From assembly GCA_038143065.1 (NCBI GenBank), contig JAYQLI010000044.1:1-58087 (forward strand): a stretch of 58,087 nt of DNA. Reading direction: 5' to 3'. The stretch comes from Rhodospirillales bacterium (lineage in GTDB: Bacteria > Pseudomonadota > Alphaproteobacteria > Bin95). Of the stretch, positions 9,502-19,754 are shown one piece after another (the stretch's first letter is position 1; each line of letters opens with the position of its first letter). Below the pieces are notes generated by a model that had not been told where the DNA came from, searched no databases, and was given only the letters and a program-made list of their open reading frames with translations. A program made the translations under genes and the position numbers.

Positions 9502-10929
9502 ATGGGAACTCCGACTAACATCTTGTTCGTCATGGCAGATGAACATCAAGCGGGCGCGCTTTCGTTTTTGGGCCATCCCGTTGTGCAAACGCCAAACCTT
9601 GACCGTTTGGCCGCGCGCGGAACGGTGTTTCAAAACGCCTATACGCCTTGCCCGATCTGCGTGCCCGCCCGCGCGGCCGTCGCAACAGGACGCTACACTC
9701 ATAAAACCGGCTATTGGGACAATGCCCACGCCTATGATGGGCGCGTGCCGGGCTGGGGCAGCGTTCTACAATCGGCAGGCGTGTCTGTGACCAGCATTGG
9801 CAAGCTACACTATCGCACCGCCGAAGATCCCACTGGTTTTGACGAACAGATCCTGCCCATGCATATCCAGAACGGGATTGGCCAAGTTTGGGGATCGGTG
9901 CGCAATCCGCTTCCCAAGGTCGCCAAAGGAACGGGTATGCTGGGACAAATCGGCGCTGGCCTCTCCAAGTATAACTCCTTCGACATGAACGTTGCTGAAA
10001 AGGCCGTCGATTGGCTGCAAGAGCCTCAACGCAAAGCAGAGCCCTGGGTGGCCTTTACCAGCTTTGTCGCGCCACATTTCCCGCTGACCGTCCCACAAGA
10101 ATATCTGGACATGTACCCGGCGGTTGAAATGCCCCTCCCGTCTGTGCGTCCGGGCCCGAATTACACTGTTCATCCCTGGCTAGACCGGATGAACGACATC
10201 GAAAACAGTGATGCCGAGCTTGGCACTGATGAAAAACGCCGCGAGGCGATTGCAGCATATTATGCGCTTTGTACCTTTGTTGACACGCAGATCGGTCGTG
10301 TGCTGGATGCTTTGGAAGCCTCCGGTCAGGCCGAAAACACGCTTGTGATCTACACCTCAGATCATGGGGAAGGTCTGGGCATGCGCGGCCGCTGGGGCAA
10401 ATCGCATCTTTACCGCGAGAGCGTGCAGGTGCCGATGATACTTGCTGGACCGAGTGTTTCCGCAGGCAGCACTGTCACAACGCCTGTAAGCCTTTTGGAC
10501 ATTGCGCCGACGATCAGCGACGTTTGCAAATTGCCCGCCGACCTCGAATGGGTGGGCCAATCCTTGCTGAAGATCGCCGCCAAGCCGGATGACTCTGAAC
10601 GGCTAGTCTTCGCCGAATATCATGCAGTCAACGCGCCTTCAGGTGGCTTCATGCTCGCGAATGCGCGCTGGAAATACCACGAATTCGTCGGCTACGGCGC
10701 CGAGTTGTTTGACCTGGAAGCAGACCCGCTTGAGGTCAACAACCTGATAGAGAACCCCAAACACAAGACCATTGCGCAATTCATGCGCACTCAACTTCAC
10801 GCAATCTGTGACCCTGAGGCCGTCGATGCAGCAGCAAAGGCGGATCAGGACAGGCTGGTTGCGCGATTTGGTGGCCCGGAGGCCGCCTTCAACACTGGAC
10901 CCTCCGGTGCAACACCGGTTCCAACGTAA
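9502..10929 (+). CDS. Cys-type sulfatase (choline-sulfatase-like), no signal peptide
   Basis: NILFVMADEH, CVPAR (CxPxR), GKLH, SDHG, WGKS. Start at ATG 9502 or 9478. Confidence 0.9.
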   Translation: MGTPTNILFVMADEHQAGALSFLGHPVVQTPNLDRLAARGTVFQNAYTPCPICVPARAAVATGRYTHKTGYWDNAHAYDGRVPGWGSVLQSAGVSVTSIGKLHYRTAEDPTGFDEQILPMHIQNGIGQVWGSVRNPLPKVAKGTGMLGQIGAGLSKYNSFDMNVAEKAVDWLQEPQRKAEPWVAFTSFVAPHFPLTVPQEYLDMYPAVEMPLPSVRPGPNYTVHPWLDRMNDIENSDAELGTDEKRREAIAAYYALCTFVDTQIGRVLDALEASGQAENTLVIYTSDHGEGLGMRGRWGKSHLYRESVQVPMILAGPSVSAGSTVTTPVSLLDIAPTISDVCKLPADLEWVGQSLLKIAAKPDDSERLVFAEYHAVNAPSGGFMLANARWKYHEFVGYGAELFDLEADPLEVNNLIENPKHKTIAQFMRTQLHAICDPEAVDAAAKADQDRLVARFGGPEAAFNTGPSGATPVPT

Positions 10930-10957
10930 TCCATCTTCGCAAATAGAGAGGAAAACT

Positions 10958-11914
10958 ATGAAATTCGCATTTTTGAAGAGCGCAGTCGCCACACTGGCAA
11001 TTGCAGCATCCGCAGTAACCGCAAACGCCGAGGATTGGGCGCCGAATGGCCCGATCAAAATGATGGTGGCGTTCCGGGCTGGTGGCGGCGTGGACACAAT
11101 GGCCCGTCTGCTGGCCGAAGAACTAAGCGCACGCAATGGCTGGGAGTTCATTCCAGAAAACGTGGCTGGCAAAGGCGGCGCCACGATGGCGACTGCTCTC
11201 AAGGACGAGCCGGCAGATGGTTTGGCCATAGGTGTAACAGTCAACGAAGCTGTGACCTACGGCGTTCAAGCGGCACGCAACCCCGGCTATTCGGTGGACG
11301 ATTTTGAGTATCTCTCTACGCTCACTGGATCTCAAATGGGGATCATTGCAAAAGCAGACCGGGGCTGGAACGACTTGGGCGATGTGATCGCTGCCGCGCA
11401 AGCGGGCGAAAAGATTACATTTGGCGCGATGAGCCCCAAGCTTGCGGATGCGGCATATGTGATTGGCAAAGCCAACGGCGTTGAGTTCACGACTGTTATG
11501 GTCAAGGGCGGCAAGGGCGGCCTGAACGGTGTTGTTGCAGATGATCTGGACGTTGCTTGGGCGGCTGGCGTGCAAACCCCGGGCGTCAAAGCAGGCGAAC
11601 TTGTCAACATTGTGTCTGCCGAAACCAGCCCGCTCAGGATTTCGCCAGATGCGCCGCTGCTGGAGCAGTACAATGTGCCGTTCACCTTCGGTGTGCAGTT
11701 CATGGTTATTGCGCCTGCTGGCCTGGATGATGCGGCAAAATCTGCCTACATCACGGCAATCGCCGAGGTTTTGAACGATCCTGAAAGCAAGGTTGCGGCC
11801 TTCGCAAACAAGGCCTTCGCTGGCCCTGTCGTGATCCAAGGGGATGCCCTGCGCGCAGAAATTGACGCGAACTATGCGGCCGCAGGCGCCCTTTTGGATG
11901 CTTCTGCTGAATAA
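10958..11914 (+). CDS. tctC: Tripartite tricarboxylate transporter substrate-binding protein (TctC/Bug)
   Basis: Signal peptide ending ANA, then W.PNGPIKMMVAFRAGGGVDTMAR, ENVAGKGG and PADG. Confidence 0.88.
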   Translation: MKFAFLKSAVATLAIAASAVTANAEDWAPNGPIKMMVAFRAGGGVDTMARLLAEELSARNGWEFIPENVAGKGGATMATALKDEPADGLAIGVTVNEAVTYGVQAARNPGYSVDDFEYLSTLTGSQMGIIAKADRGWNDLGDVIAAAQAGEKITFGAMSPKLADAAYVIGKANGVEFTTVMVKGGKGGLNGVVADDLDVAWAAGVQTPGVKAGELVNIVSAETSPLRISPDAPLLEQYNVPFTFGVQFMVIAPAGLDDAAKSAYITAIAEVLNDPESKVAAFANKAFAGPVVIQGDALRAEIDANYAAAGALLDASAE

Positions 11915-11924
11915 GCCTGATTTG

Positions 11925-11953
11925 GATCCGGCCCGGTGAAACCGGGTCGGGTC
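11925..11953 (+). terminator. Intergenic stem-loop after tctC (attenuator or mRNA-stabilising hairpin)
   Basis: GATCCGGCCCGGT-GAA-ACCGGGTCGGGTC with G-U pairs, no long U tract. Confidence 0.5.
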
Positions 11954-11993
11954 ATCCATTCTTCTATACAGCACTCATGAAGGGAGGCGTGCC

Positions 11994-12569
11994 ATGCTTG
12001 GACGGTCTGTCGAATTGTGGATTGGTTTTGGGTTTTTAGTTTTGTCGTTGGTCGCGGTGTTTGTCTGGGTGCCTTTCGATAGCGAAACTCCTCCGATCTA
12101 TGAGTTCCGTCGCAACACTTACATCGGGGATGCAATGCTTCCGATGGTGGCGGCTTCTGGCATTGTATTATGCGCCGCGGTTCATTGCTTTCTTTCGTTT
12201 CGCAGGCGTGACGAGAAAGGTGGCGACGGCCCCTTCGACGCGATGACTTTCATCTTTTTTGCCGCCGTTGTTGGCATATGCGTCAGCTCATTCGCGCTCA
12301 TGTATTGGGCGGGCCCAGTCGCTGTTGCGCTGTTTGGCCCATCGGGTGAAGAAGCTGTCACCTATCGCCAGCTGCGCGGCACTGTTCCGTGGAAATACAT
12401 TGGCTTCATTCTTGGCGGGTTCACGTTGGTTTTTGGCATCACATCTCTGATTGAAGGACGTTTGAGTGCTAAGCGTGCGCTCTCGTCGATCCTTGCTGTG
12501 ATTGTCCTTATCCTCATCTTCGACGTGCCTTTCGACACGATCCTCTTACCCCCGAACGGAGACTTCTAA
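11994..12569 (+). CDS. tctB: TctB-like small membrane subunit
   Basis: Multi-TM protein between tctC and tctA with C-terminal F...F...LP.G. Confidence 0.7.
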   Translation: MLGRSVELWIGFGFLVLSLVAVFVWVPFDSETPPIYEFRRNTYIGDAMLPMVAASGIVLCAAVHCFLSFRRRDEKGGDGPFDAMTFIFFAAVVGICVSSFALMYWAGPVAVALFGPSGEEAVTYRQLRGTVPWKYIGFILGGFTLVFGITSLIEGRLSAKRALSSILAVIVLILIFDVPFDTILLPPNGDF

Positions 12570-14173
12570 TGAGCGTCCTGGAGTATGTCTGGGCGGGGGT
12601 ACTGGCGGTAATAGCCGGCCCCGCCGCCTTTGAGATTTTCGGAATTGCCATTCCGATTACGCCCTTGATGGTGTTTGTCGGCTTTGTCATTGGGATCGTC
12701 GGTGGCGCAACGCCTGGCCTCGCCGGGCCGTTCCTGATGGCCATTTCGCTCCCGATCCTGCTCTCGATCTTTGGCTTTACACCGGACGCGTTGCTGCCGG
12801 TTCTGGGCTTTCTTGTGGGCGTCATGAAGGGCGCTACGGTTGGCGGCGCGGTTCCCGCAATTTTGTTTAATACGCCCGGCACGCCGGATGCGATGTTGAC
12901 CACGTTTGACGGCTACCCGATGGCGAAAAAGGGACAGGCTGGCAAAGCACTCAAGACGGCGCATTTCGCATCGGTTTCGGGCGATACCTTTTCTGACCTC
13001 GTTCTGTTCACCTGTGCGCCGTTTTTGGCGATCATTGTCGAGGCCTATCTTGGCTTCGGTGAAAAGGCGGCATTGATCCTGCTATCGCTTGCGTTTGTCG
13101 CAGCGGTTGTAGGAGCCTCTCCGATGAAGGGCATGATTGCCGCCTTCCTCGGGCTCTTCATTGCCGCGATCGGAACAGGTGAGGACACCTATTCGCGGCT
13201 TTCATTTGGCATTGATTTCCTATCTAATGGTGTGCCATTGATCACGGCCGTTCTTGGCGTATTGATCCTGGGCGAAGTCCTTTTTGCCTTTGAACAGATG
13301 TGGCGCGACAGACAGTCTGACCAGCCGCCTGTCGAGGTTTCGCAATCACGCGATAACAAGCTGACCTGGAAAGACCGTCGCAAGCTTATGCCATTTATCA
13401 GCGTGTCAGCGGTCATTGGTACAGGTATCGGTGCGCTGCCGGGCATTGGGTCGACGCTTGCGGCGACGCTGGGATATGCGACGGGCGAGCGGATGCACAA
13501 GGGCAAGGTACCCTTTGGCCAAGGCACACCTGAGGGCGTGGCCGCCACCGAAGCTGCGAACAGTTCGGTTTCGGGCGCGAACCTGATCCCGGTTTTGTCG
13601 CTGGGTATTCCCGGAAATGTGGGGGCTGTATTCTTGATTCTGGCCGCCGAAAGCATTGGTGGGTTCAATCCCGGGCCAAGCGTCTTCCGTTTCACAGCCT
13701 CGGAGGTGAACCCGGAACTGGTTATTGCCTTTGGCCTCTTCACCACGATGATGCTGGCCAACATCATGAACTGGATCATCGGTGGTCAATTCATGCGCAT
13801 GGTGGGCGTCATGGCCTCCATCCCGAAACAAGTTTTGTTGCCGATTGTTCTGCTGCTGACCATGACCGCGATCTATGTGCAGGAAACGGATTTCAACGCT
13901 TTCTACTTTGCCTTTGCTTTTGCAATTCTCGGCTACCTGATGCGCAAACTGAAGATACCAACCCTGCCTTTCGTCATCGCGTTCATTCTCGCGGGCAATT
14001 TGGAAACGGCATTCCGTCAAGCATTTGCTGTGGCTGATGGAGATCCGTTCTTCTTATTCAAGAGCCCACTGTCGCTGGTTTTCTTGGCTCTGTCTGTTGC
14101 AGTGATCGTGTTCTTTTCGCGGCCCAAGAAACCCGCAGTGAATGCAGCAATTGATGCAGAGAGGGACGCGTAA
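12569..14173 (+). CDS. tctA: Tripartite tricarboxylate transporter large subunit
   Basis: GATPGL, NTPGTP, DGYPMA..G, ALPGIG, EAAN, LGIPG motifs. Confidence 0.92.
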   Translation: MSVLEYVWAGVLAVIAGPAAFEIFGIAIPITPLMVFVGFVIGIVGGATPGLAGPFLMAISLPILLSIFGFTPDALLPVLGFLVGVMKGATVGGAVPAILFNTPGTPDAMLTTFDGYPMAKKGQAGKALKTAHFASVSGDTFSDLVLFTCAPFLAIIVEAYLGFGEKAALILLSLAFVAAVVGASPMKGMIAAFLGLFIAAIGTGEDTYSRLSFGIDFLSNGVPLITAVLGVLILGEVLFAFEQMWRDRQSDQPPVEVSQSRDNKLTWKDRRKLMPFISVSAVIGTGIGALPGIGSTLAATLGYATGERMHKGKVPFGQGTPEGVAATEAANSSVSGANLIPVLSLGIPGNVGAVFLILAAESIGGFNPGPSVFRFTASEVNPELVIAFGLFTTMMLANIMNWIIGGQFMRMVGVMASIPKQVLLPIVLLLTMTAIYVQETDFNAFYFAFAFAILGYLMRKLKIPTLPFVIAFILAGNLETAFRQAFAVADGDPFFLFKSPLSLVFLALSVAVIVFFSRPKKPAVNAAIDAERDA

Positions 14174-14997
14174 TGGCGATCAAAAATCTTCTTGTGGCCT
14201 TTAACGGGTCAGAGACATCCAAGAATGCGCTCGGGGCTGCGCTGCTGATGCAGAAAAAATATGATGCTCACATCACCGGGATTCTTGCCCATGAAGGAAA
14301 GCGCGATAGGTTCAGCCAGCATCAGTGGGTGCCAGAGAATGTCCGCGGTATTCTCAATGAAGCCATCCAGCAGAACGAAACCGAAGTCGAAGCCCAGTTT
14401 CATGCACAGGCCGGGCCAACAGTCCCGCCGGAAAAGCTGCATTGGATATCGCTCAGCGGGCAACCTGATCATACCGTTTCTCAGTATGCCTGCATGTTCG
14501 ACTTCACCCTTATCGGCAAACATGACAATGAGGTCTCTACCGACATAGACTTGCACCCGGAAACGATCGCGCTGAAAAGCGGCCGGCCGGTTTTGGTCGT
14601 TCCAAATATTGCGAACAATGAAGCCTTGGCAAAGACGGCCGTTCTTGCCTGGGATGGGCGGCGTTCAGCCACGCGTGCACTAAATGATGCGATGCTGATT
14701 CTGGAGACAAAACAAAAGGTCGATGTTGTTAGCTTTGGGCAGGATGTTCGGCCACCATTGGATGGAATAGATGTGGTGAGCGCTTTGCGGCGACACGAAG
14801 TACCTGCCAGTCGCATTCGACGACCGGCGACGTCACGCAATATTGGTCAAGATATTTTGAACTATTGCCACGAGGTCGATGCAGGTTTGTTGGTCATGGG
14901 TGCGTTTGAAAGGAGCCTGTTGCGCGAAGAAATATTTGGGGGCCCGACGAAATTCATTCTTGAAAATGCGACGCTGCCCGTCCTGCTTGCACACTGA
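14173..14997 (+). CDS. Universal stress protein (tandem Usp domains)
   Basis: IKNLLVAFNGS, SGRPVLVVP, AWDG..SA.RAL.DA, LLVMGAF, LPVLLAH. Confidence 0.88.
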   Translation: MAIKNLLVAFNGSETSKNALGAALLMQKKYDAHITGILAHEGKRDRFSQHQWVPENVRGILNEAIQQNETEVEAQFHAQAGPTVPPEKLHWISLSGQPDHTVSQYACMFDFTLIGKHDNEVSTDIDLHPETIALKSGRPVLVVPNIANNEALAKTAVLAWDGRRSATRALNDAMLILETKQKVDVVSFGQDVRPPLDGIDVVSALRRHEVPASRIRRPATSRNIGQDILNYCHEVDAGLLVMGAFERSLLREEIFGGPTKFILENATLPVLLAH

Positions 14998-15009
14998 CGG
15001 TCGTATGAT

Positions 15010-16536
15010 ATGCAAAGACCCAATTTCCTGATCATCTCCGCAGACCAACACCGGGGCGACTGCCTTGGGGTTGAAGGGCGTAGCGTGCGCACACCCAATT
15101 TAGACCAATTAGCAAATGAGGGTGTGCGTTTCACATCAGCCATTTGCTCCGCGCCCGTCTGCCAACCCGCACGTGCATCAATTTTAACAGGTCAGCTCTG
15201 TCGGACCCACGGCGTTCATGACAACGGCATTGATCTCAATGAGAGAACGGGGGAAGCTGGATTTGCTGGAACCCTCACGCAGGCGGGCTACGATACCGGG
15301 CTTTTTGGCAAGGCACATTTTTCAAGCTATGATCCGATAGAGCCTACAGGTCGACCAGAAGCCGCAATTTCTTCGGTCGATTTTGGTCCCGATTGGAATG
15401 GGCCATACATGGGCTTCAATCATGTCGAACTAATGCTTTCAGGCCCCTCTAACCATCCGCCGCAAGAGCCTCCGGTTGGACTACACTATGAACGGTTTTT
15501 CTACGCGGATGGTCGAGGAGAAGCGCGTAGGGATGAATATCTGGCAAATGCTGGCGACACCAAGGACGCGGCTCAGACATGGCATTCGAAATTGCCGACA
15601 AATTGGCACTATACGCCTTGGACAGCTGATCGCGCGATTGAATGGCTGCGCCATGGGCGAGACGAAACCAAACCTTTTTGTGCCTGGGTCAGTTTTGTAG
15701 ACCCTCACCATCCCTTTGATTGCCCCGAGCCTTGGTCGCGGTTGCATAACCCCAAAGACATCGACTTGCCAAAGCACCGCGAATTGGACCTTGACCAACG
15801 CCCTTGGTGGCATCGTGCAGCGGTTGAAAACACACCCAAAGGGGATGCCCAAGAAATCGCAGTCCGGTCCACCTATTCGCGCATAGCGCCTCAGACCGAT
15901 GATCAATTGCGCGAGATTATCGCAAATACTTATGGCCAGATATCTTTCATTGACGAACAGGTGGGCCGATTGATGGCCGTTCTCGACGAGGTTGGCTTGG
16001 CGGAAAATACGATCGTGATCTATACATCTGACCATGGAGACTGGTTGGGCGATCACGGGCTTATCTTGAAAGGTCCAATGCCTTATGAAGGATTGCTTCG
16101 CGTACCGCTAATTGCCAGGGGGCCGGGTATTTCCAACGGCAAGATCGTGACAGAGCCCGTGTCAACGCTCGATATTGCCTCGACGCTTTATGACTACAGC
16201 GGAACGGCTGCGGGGTTGCCCCAGCATGGCGCCTCGCTGAAACCTCTGCTTGAGAGTGAAGGCACGCGGGATTTTGCCATGATGGAATGGGAGCTTTTTG
16301 CCAACCGGGTTGGGGTCGCGTTGTCCCTGCGCACGGTTCGCACGGCGGATGCCAAATTAACCATGGACCTGCGGTCGGGGGCAGGGGAGATGTATGATCT
16401 GCGAACTGACCCAAACGAGTTGTGCAACGTTTTTCATGATCCGGACCACGCCGAATTGCGGGAAGTGCTTGAAGGGTATCTGCACGCAAGACCGGATGAC
16501 ATTGGACCAACTGGTCAACGAGTCGGAGCAGGATAG
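15010..16536 (+). CDS. Cys-type sulfatase, cytoplasmic
   Basis: PNFLIISADQHR, CQPAR, GKAH, DPHHP, SDHG, LKG. Confidence 0.9.
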   Translation: MQRPNFLIISADQHRGDCLGVEGRSVRTPNLDQLANEGVRFTSAICSAPVCQPARASILTGQLCRTHGVHDNGIDLNERTGEAGFAGTLTQAGYDTGLFGKAHFSSYDPIEPTGRPEAAISSVDFGPDWNGPYMGFNHVELMLSGPSNHPPQEPPVGLHYERFFYADGRGEARRDEYLANAGDTKDAAQTWHSKLPTNWHYTPWTADRAIEWLRHGRDETKPFCAWVSFVDPHHPFDCPEPWSRLHNPKDIDLPKHRELDLDQRPWWHRAAVENTPKGDAQEIAVRSTYSRIAPQTDDQLREIIANTYGQISFIDEQVGRLMAVLDEVGLAENTIVIYTSDHGDWLGDHGLILKGPMPYEGLLRVPLIARGPGISNGKIVTEPVSTLDIASTLYDYSGTAAGLPQHGASLKPLLESEGTRDFAMMEWELFANRVGVALSLRTVRTADAKLTMDLRSGAGEMYDLRTDPNELCNVFHDPDHAELREVLEGYLHARPDDIGPTGQRVGAG

Positions 16537-16539
16537 TAT

Positions 16540-17469
16540 ATGACTGAGTTCGCAAAACCCTGCTGTTCCCCTAGCCGCGCCGAAGGTGCTGCACAAACGC
16601 TAAGCGTAGAACTGGGTAAGCCGCAGCGCGCGGATGCAATTGACATCCCCGGCGGTGTGGCTTTGGTCGGCACAGCCCATCCCCGTATTGCCGATGATGG
16701 GGAGGGCCCTCTTCGAAAGGTGCGCCTTAAGCCGTTTCTCATGGGTCGGACAACAGTAACCAACGCCCAGTTCCGGCAATTCATTGAGGCCACTGACTAT
16801 GTTACCGAGGCCAAACGCTTTGGTTGGTCCTTCGTCTTTTGGAACCAGGTACCGCACCACGTGGGCGCGACCCAAGGTGTTGTAGAGGTAGAATGGTGGC
16901 GCCGGGTTGATGGAGCAACTTGGTGTTCACCAAACGGACCGCAGACAGAGGATACTTGTCTGGACGATCACCCGGTAGTGCACATTTCATGGAACGACGC
17001 CCGCGCTTATGCCGCTTGGGTCGGAGGCCGCTTGCCGACAGAAGTGGAATGGGAACATGCAGCGCGAGGAGGGCAGGGGGATGTGCCCTATCCGTGGGGC
17101 GAGAAGGAGCCCAATGACAATGACTACACGCCTTGTAACATATGGCAGGGGTTGTTTCCTGAGACAAACACAGGCGCAGACGGGCACATTACCACGGCTC
17201 CAGCAAAGTCGTTCGAGCCTAATGGCTATGGGCTGTACAACATGGTCGGGAATGTCTGGGAATGGACAGCAGACGCCTACAAGATCAAGTCACTAAAGAA
17301 ATCCGTGAAAGAGCGGCAACGAGCGATGCGCGGGTTCAAACTGTCCAAAGGCGGTTCATTTCTTTGTCATAGAAGCTATTGCACGCGCTACCGGATCGCC
17401 GCCCGGTCCGGCACCTCGCCCGATAGCACGACCACGCATCACGGATTTCGAGTGGTTTGGAATAAATAG
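16540..17469 (+). CDS. Formylglycine-generating enzyme (SUMF1 family sulfatase maturase)
   Basis: N-terminal CC, RLPTE.EWE.AARG, NMVGNVWEW, KGGSFLCH.SYC.RYR.AAR (active-site Cys pair). Confidence 0.93.
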   Translation: MTEFAKPCCSPSRAEGAAQTLSVELGKPQRADAIDIPGGVALVGTAHPRIADDGEGPLRKVRLKPFLMGRTTVTNAQFRQFIEATDYVTEAKRFGWSFVFWNQVPHHVGATQGVVEVEWWRRVDGATWCSPNGPQTEDTCLDDHPVVHISWNDARAYAAWVGGRLPTEVEWEHAARGGQGDVPYPWGEKEPNDNDYTPCNIWQGLFPETNTGADGHITTAPAKSFEPNGYGLYNMVGNVWEWTADAYKIKSLKKSVKERQRAMRGFKLSKGGSFLCHRSYCTRYRIAARSGTSPDSTTTHHGFRVVWNK

Positions 17470-17478
17470 GTACTTATC

Positions 17479-19089
17479 ATGACTAAGAATGTTCTTTTCA
17501 TCATGTGTGATCAGTTACGGTTTGACTACCTTGGTTGCACGGGTCATCCATTCATCAAGACGCCCAATATCGATGCGCTTGCCGCGCGCGGTGTGAGGTT
17601 TGATCGCACTTACGTGCAATCGCCAATTTGCGGTCCAAGCCGGATGAGTACCTATACCGGCCGCTATGTGCGCTCCCATGGCGCTAGCTGGAACAACTTT
17701 CCCCTCCGCGTCGGTGAAATGACTTTAGGGGACCATCTTGAACCCTTGGGCGTACGCACAGCGCTTTGCGGCAAAACCCACATGAGCGCTGATATGGAAG
17801 GCATGAAACGTCTGGGCATCGATCCAGAGTCACCTGTTGGTAAGCGCATTTCGGAATGCGGGTTCGAAGTTTGGGACCGTTTGGACGGCTTGCATCCAAC
17901 CGGTGGCAAGAAGCCCAGCCACTACAATGATTATCTACGAGCCCAAGGTTACAACATCGAAAATCCATGGGAAGATGTGGCAAATTCTGCCGAAGATCCC
18001 GAGGGAAAAGTCCTATCGGGCTGGCTCTATGAAAACGCAAACAAACCTGCGCGCGTTCCACAAGAGCACTCGGAAACAACCTATTCTACAACCCGTGCTA
18101 TTGAATTCATCCAAGACGCGGGCAATCAGCCATGGTGTTTACATCTGAGCTACATCAAGCCGCATTGGCCGTACATAGCGCCGGCACCATATCATAACAT
18201 GTATGGACCTGAACATGTTCAGCTTCCGGTCCGATCAGAGCAGGAGCAAATCGACGCTCACCCCGTGCTTGCAGCCTATTTCGACCACAGATTTTCCAAA
18301 GTCTTCACGCGCGACGAGGTGCGCGAGCGTGTAATACCGGCCTATATGGGTCTCATTGCTCAAATTGACGACCAAATCGGCCGTCTTGTGGCCTGGATGG
18401 ATAAGAACGGAGTATCGAAAGATACATTGATCGTTTTTACCTCAGATCATGGGGACTACTTGGGCGATCACTGGCTGGGTGAAAAAGAACTGTTCCACGA
18501 ACCCTCTGTACATGTCCCGATGATCTTGGTGGACCCCTCGCCTGAGGCAGATGAAACGCGCGGGAGCGTGTCCAATCACCTGGTTGAGTCCATCGACCTC
18601 GCACCCACATTCGTCGACTGGTTCGACGGAGAACCGCGACCCCAAATCCTAGAAGGGAGGTCTCTTCTCCCCATCCTGCGTGGCGAAGATCCCGAGTGGC
18701 GAAGCTATGTTATTAGCGAATATGATTACTCAATGCGCCGCGCCCGGCGAATTCTGGACCATCCCGTTGGCGACTGTCGCATGGTCATGGTGTTCGACGG
18801 TCGTTGGAAATACCTTCACGCGGAAGGTTTCCGGCCCATGCTTTTCGACCTCGAGACGGACCCAGAAGAGTTCTTCGATCTCGGAGGTGATCCAAAGTAC
18901 GAAGCTGAGCGCAGCAGATTATTCCATCAGTTGAACAGATGGGCGCTCGGCCACCACAACCGAGTCACCGTGTCTGACAAACGTATTTCAAGCCGCAAGG
19001 GCGGCGAACTTGCTAAGGGTATAATCGTTGGTTTTTGGGATGAAAACGAGCTGACTGAGGCGAAGGTCTTGGGAGAAAGCGGCAATTGA
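17479..19089 (+). CDS. Arylsulfatase of the PMH-related clade (alkaline phosphatase superfamily)
   Basis: FIMCDQLRFDYL, QSPICGPSRMSTYTGRY, KPHWP, SDHG, GEKE. From memory it resembles the Ruegeria pomeroyi SpAS-type arylsulfatases. Confidence 0.85.
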   Translation: MTKNVLFIMCDQLRFDYLGCTGHPFIKTPNIDALAARGVRFDRTYVQSPICGPSRMSTYTGRYVRSHGASWNNFPLRVGEMTLGDHLEPLGVRTALCGKTHMSADMEGMKRLGIDPESPVGKRISECGFEVWDRLDGLHPTGGKKPSHYNDYLRAQGYNIENPWEDVANSAEDPEGKVLSGWLYENANKPARVPQEHSETTYSTTRAIEFIQDAGNQPWCLHLSYIKPHWPYIAPAPYHNMYGPEHVQLPVRSEQEQIDAHPVLAAYFDHRFSKVFTRDEVRERVIPAYMGLIAQIDDQIGRLVAWMDKNGVSKDTLIVFTSDHGDYLGDHWLGEKELFHEPSVHVPMILVDPSPEADETRGSVSNHLVESIDLAPTFVDWFDGEPRPQILEGRSLLPILRGEDPEWRSYVISEYDYSMRRARRILDHPVGDCRMVMVFDGRWKYLHAEGFRPMLFDLETDPEEFFDLGGDPKYEAERSRLFHQLNRWALGHHNRVTVSDKRISSRKGGELAKGIIVGFWDENELTEAKVLGESGN

Positions 19090-19299
19090 ATGCTTCGTTT
19101 GAGCGAATTGGACGTTTGCTGCGCTGGAGCTGTCAGAATAACCCACCTTGCCCGACAGCGTGATGGATATTAGCCTCTGGGCCATGCCTAATCCTTTATC
19201 CTTCCGTTATTTCAAAACCATGATCCGAATGATAGTAACTAAAAGATCAAAAGAGGGGTACCCCCGTTAAAAGGGGCCATGGTCCATGGTCCACGGTCC

Positions 19300-19663
19300 T
19301 TTAGTATTGGCCAGACAAATTCATTCGGTGAATTATTTCATTTGGGTTTTTGCCCTTTGTGTAACACGGCAGTGCGACCATCACGCCTTTCCACCCAGTA
19401 ACCCTTCGCACCGCTGATCAATCTTTTTCAGAACCCTGGATCGCTGATCGTGGCTCTTGATCCCTGCGCAGTCCCAAACTTAAGCTGACAGTTCCAAAGA
19501 GTTAAGTTGATTTGGCGTTGACATTTTCATGAAGCCTTGAGCGACTAAGATGAGTCTAGATGTTGGATCGGGGATATTTACGTTTGATCCATCCAAATGT
19601 AACTGGTCCCTTGAGGAACATTGCATCCCGTTTTGCGCGCTGAGCGGCTTTCTTATTACCCAT
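19300..19663 (-). CDS. Small hypothetical, possible winged-HTH protein (frameshifted)
   Basis: Stitched translation MGNKKAAQRAKRDAMFLKGPVTFGWIK...WDCAGIKSHDQRSRVLKKIDQ...VERRDGRTAVL. Co-oriented downstream of the polymerase. Confidence 0.45.
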
Positions 19664-19712
19664 AGTAATACCCTATATTTATATTAAAGGAGAATAATAA
19701 GGATATAGATAC

Positions 19713-19754
19713 GGTGCCGCGGAACGCGCGTAGGTGTCCCGCGGAAACCGCGTC
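19713..19754. repeat. Two imperfect ~21-bp direct repeats next to an AT-rich tract (candidate origin)
   Basis: GGTGCCGCGGAACGCGCGTA / GGTGTCCCGCGGAAACCGCGTC, with an AT-rich stretch at 19664-19710. Confidence 0.45.

Noticed and set aside
621-18934. Many long antisense or overlapping ORFs (e.g. 621-1451, 4905-5714, 6893-7729, 11123-11974)
   Set aside because: Shadow ORFs of GC-rich, well-supported genes, with no motifs or RBS.
19090-19170. Degenerate intergenic palindromic repeat or attC-like site after the last sulfatase
   Set aside because: Single copy, weak pairing, and no integron integrase.
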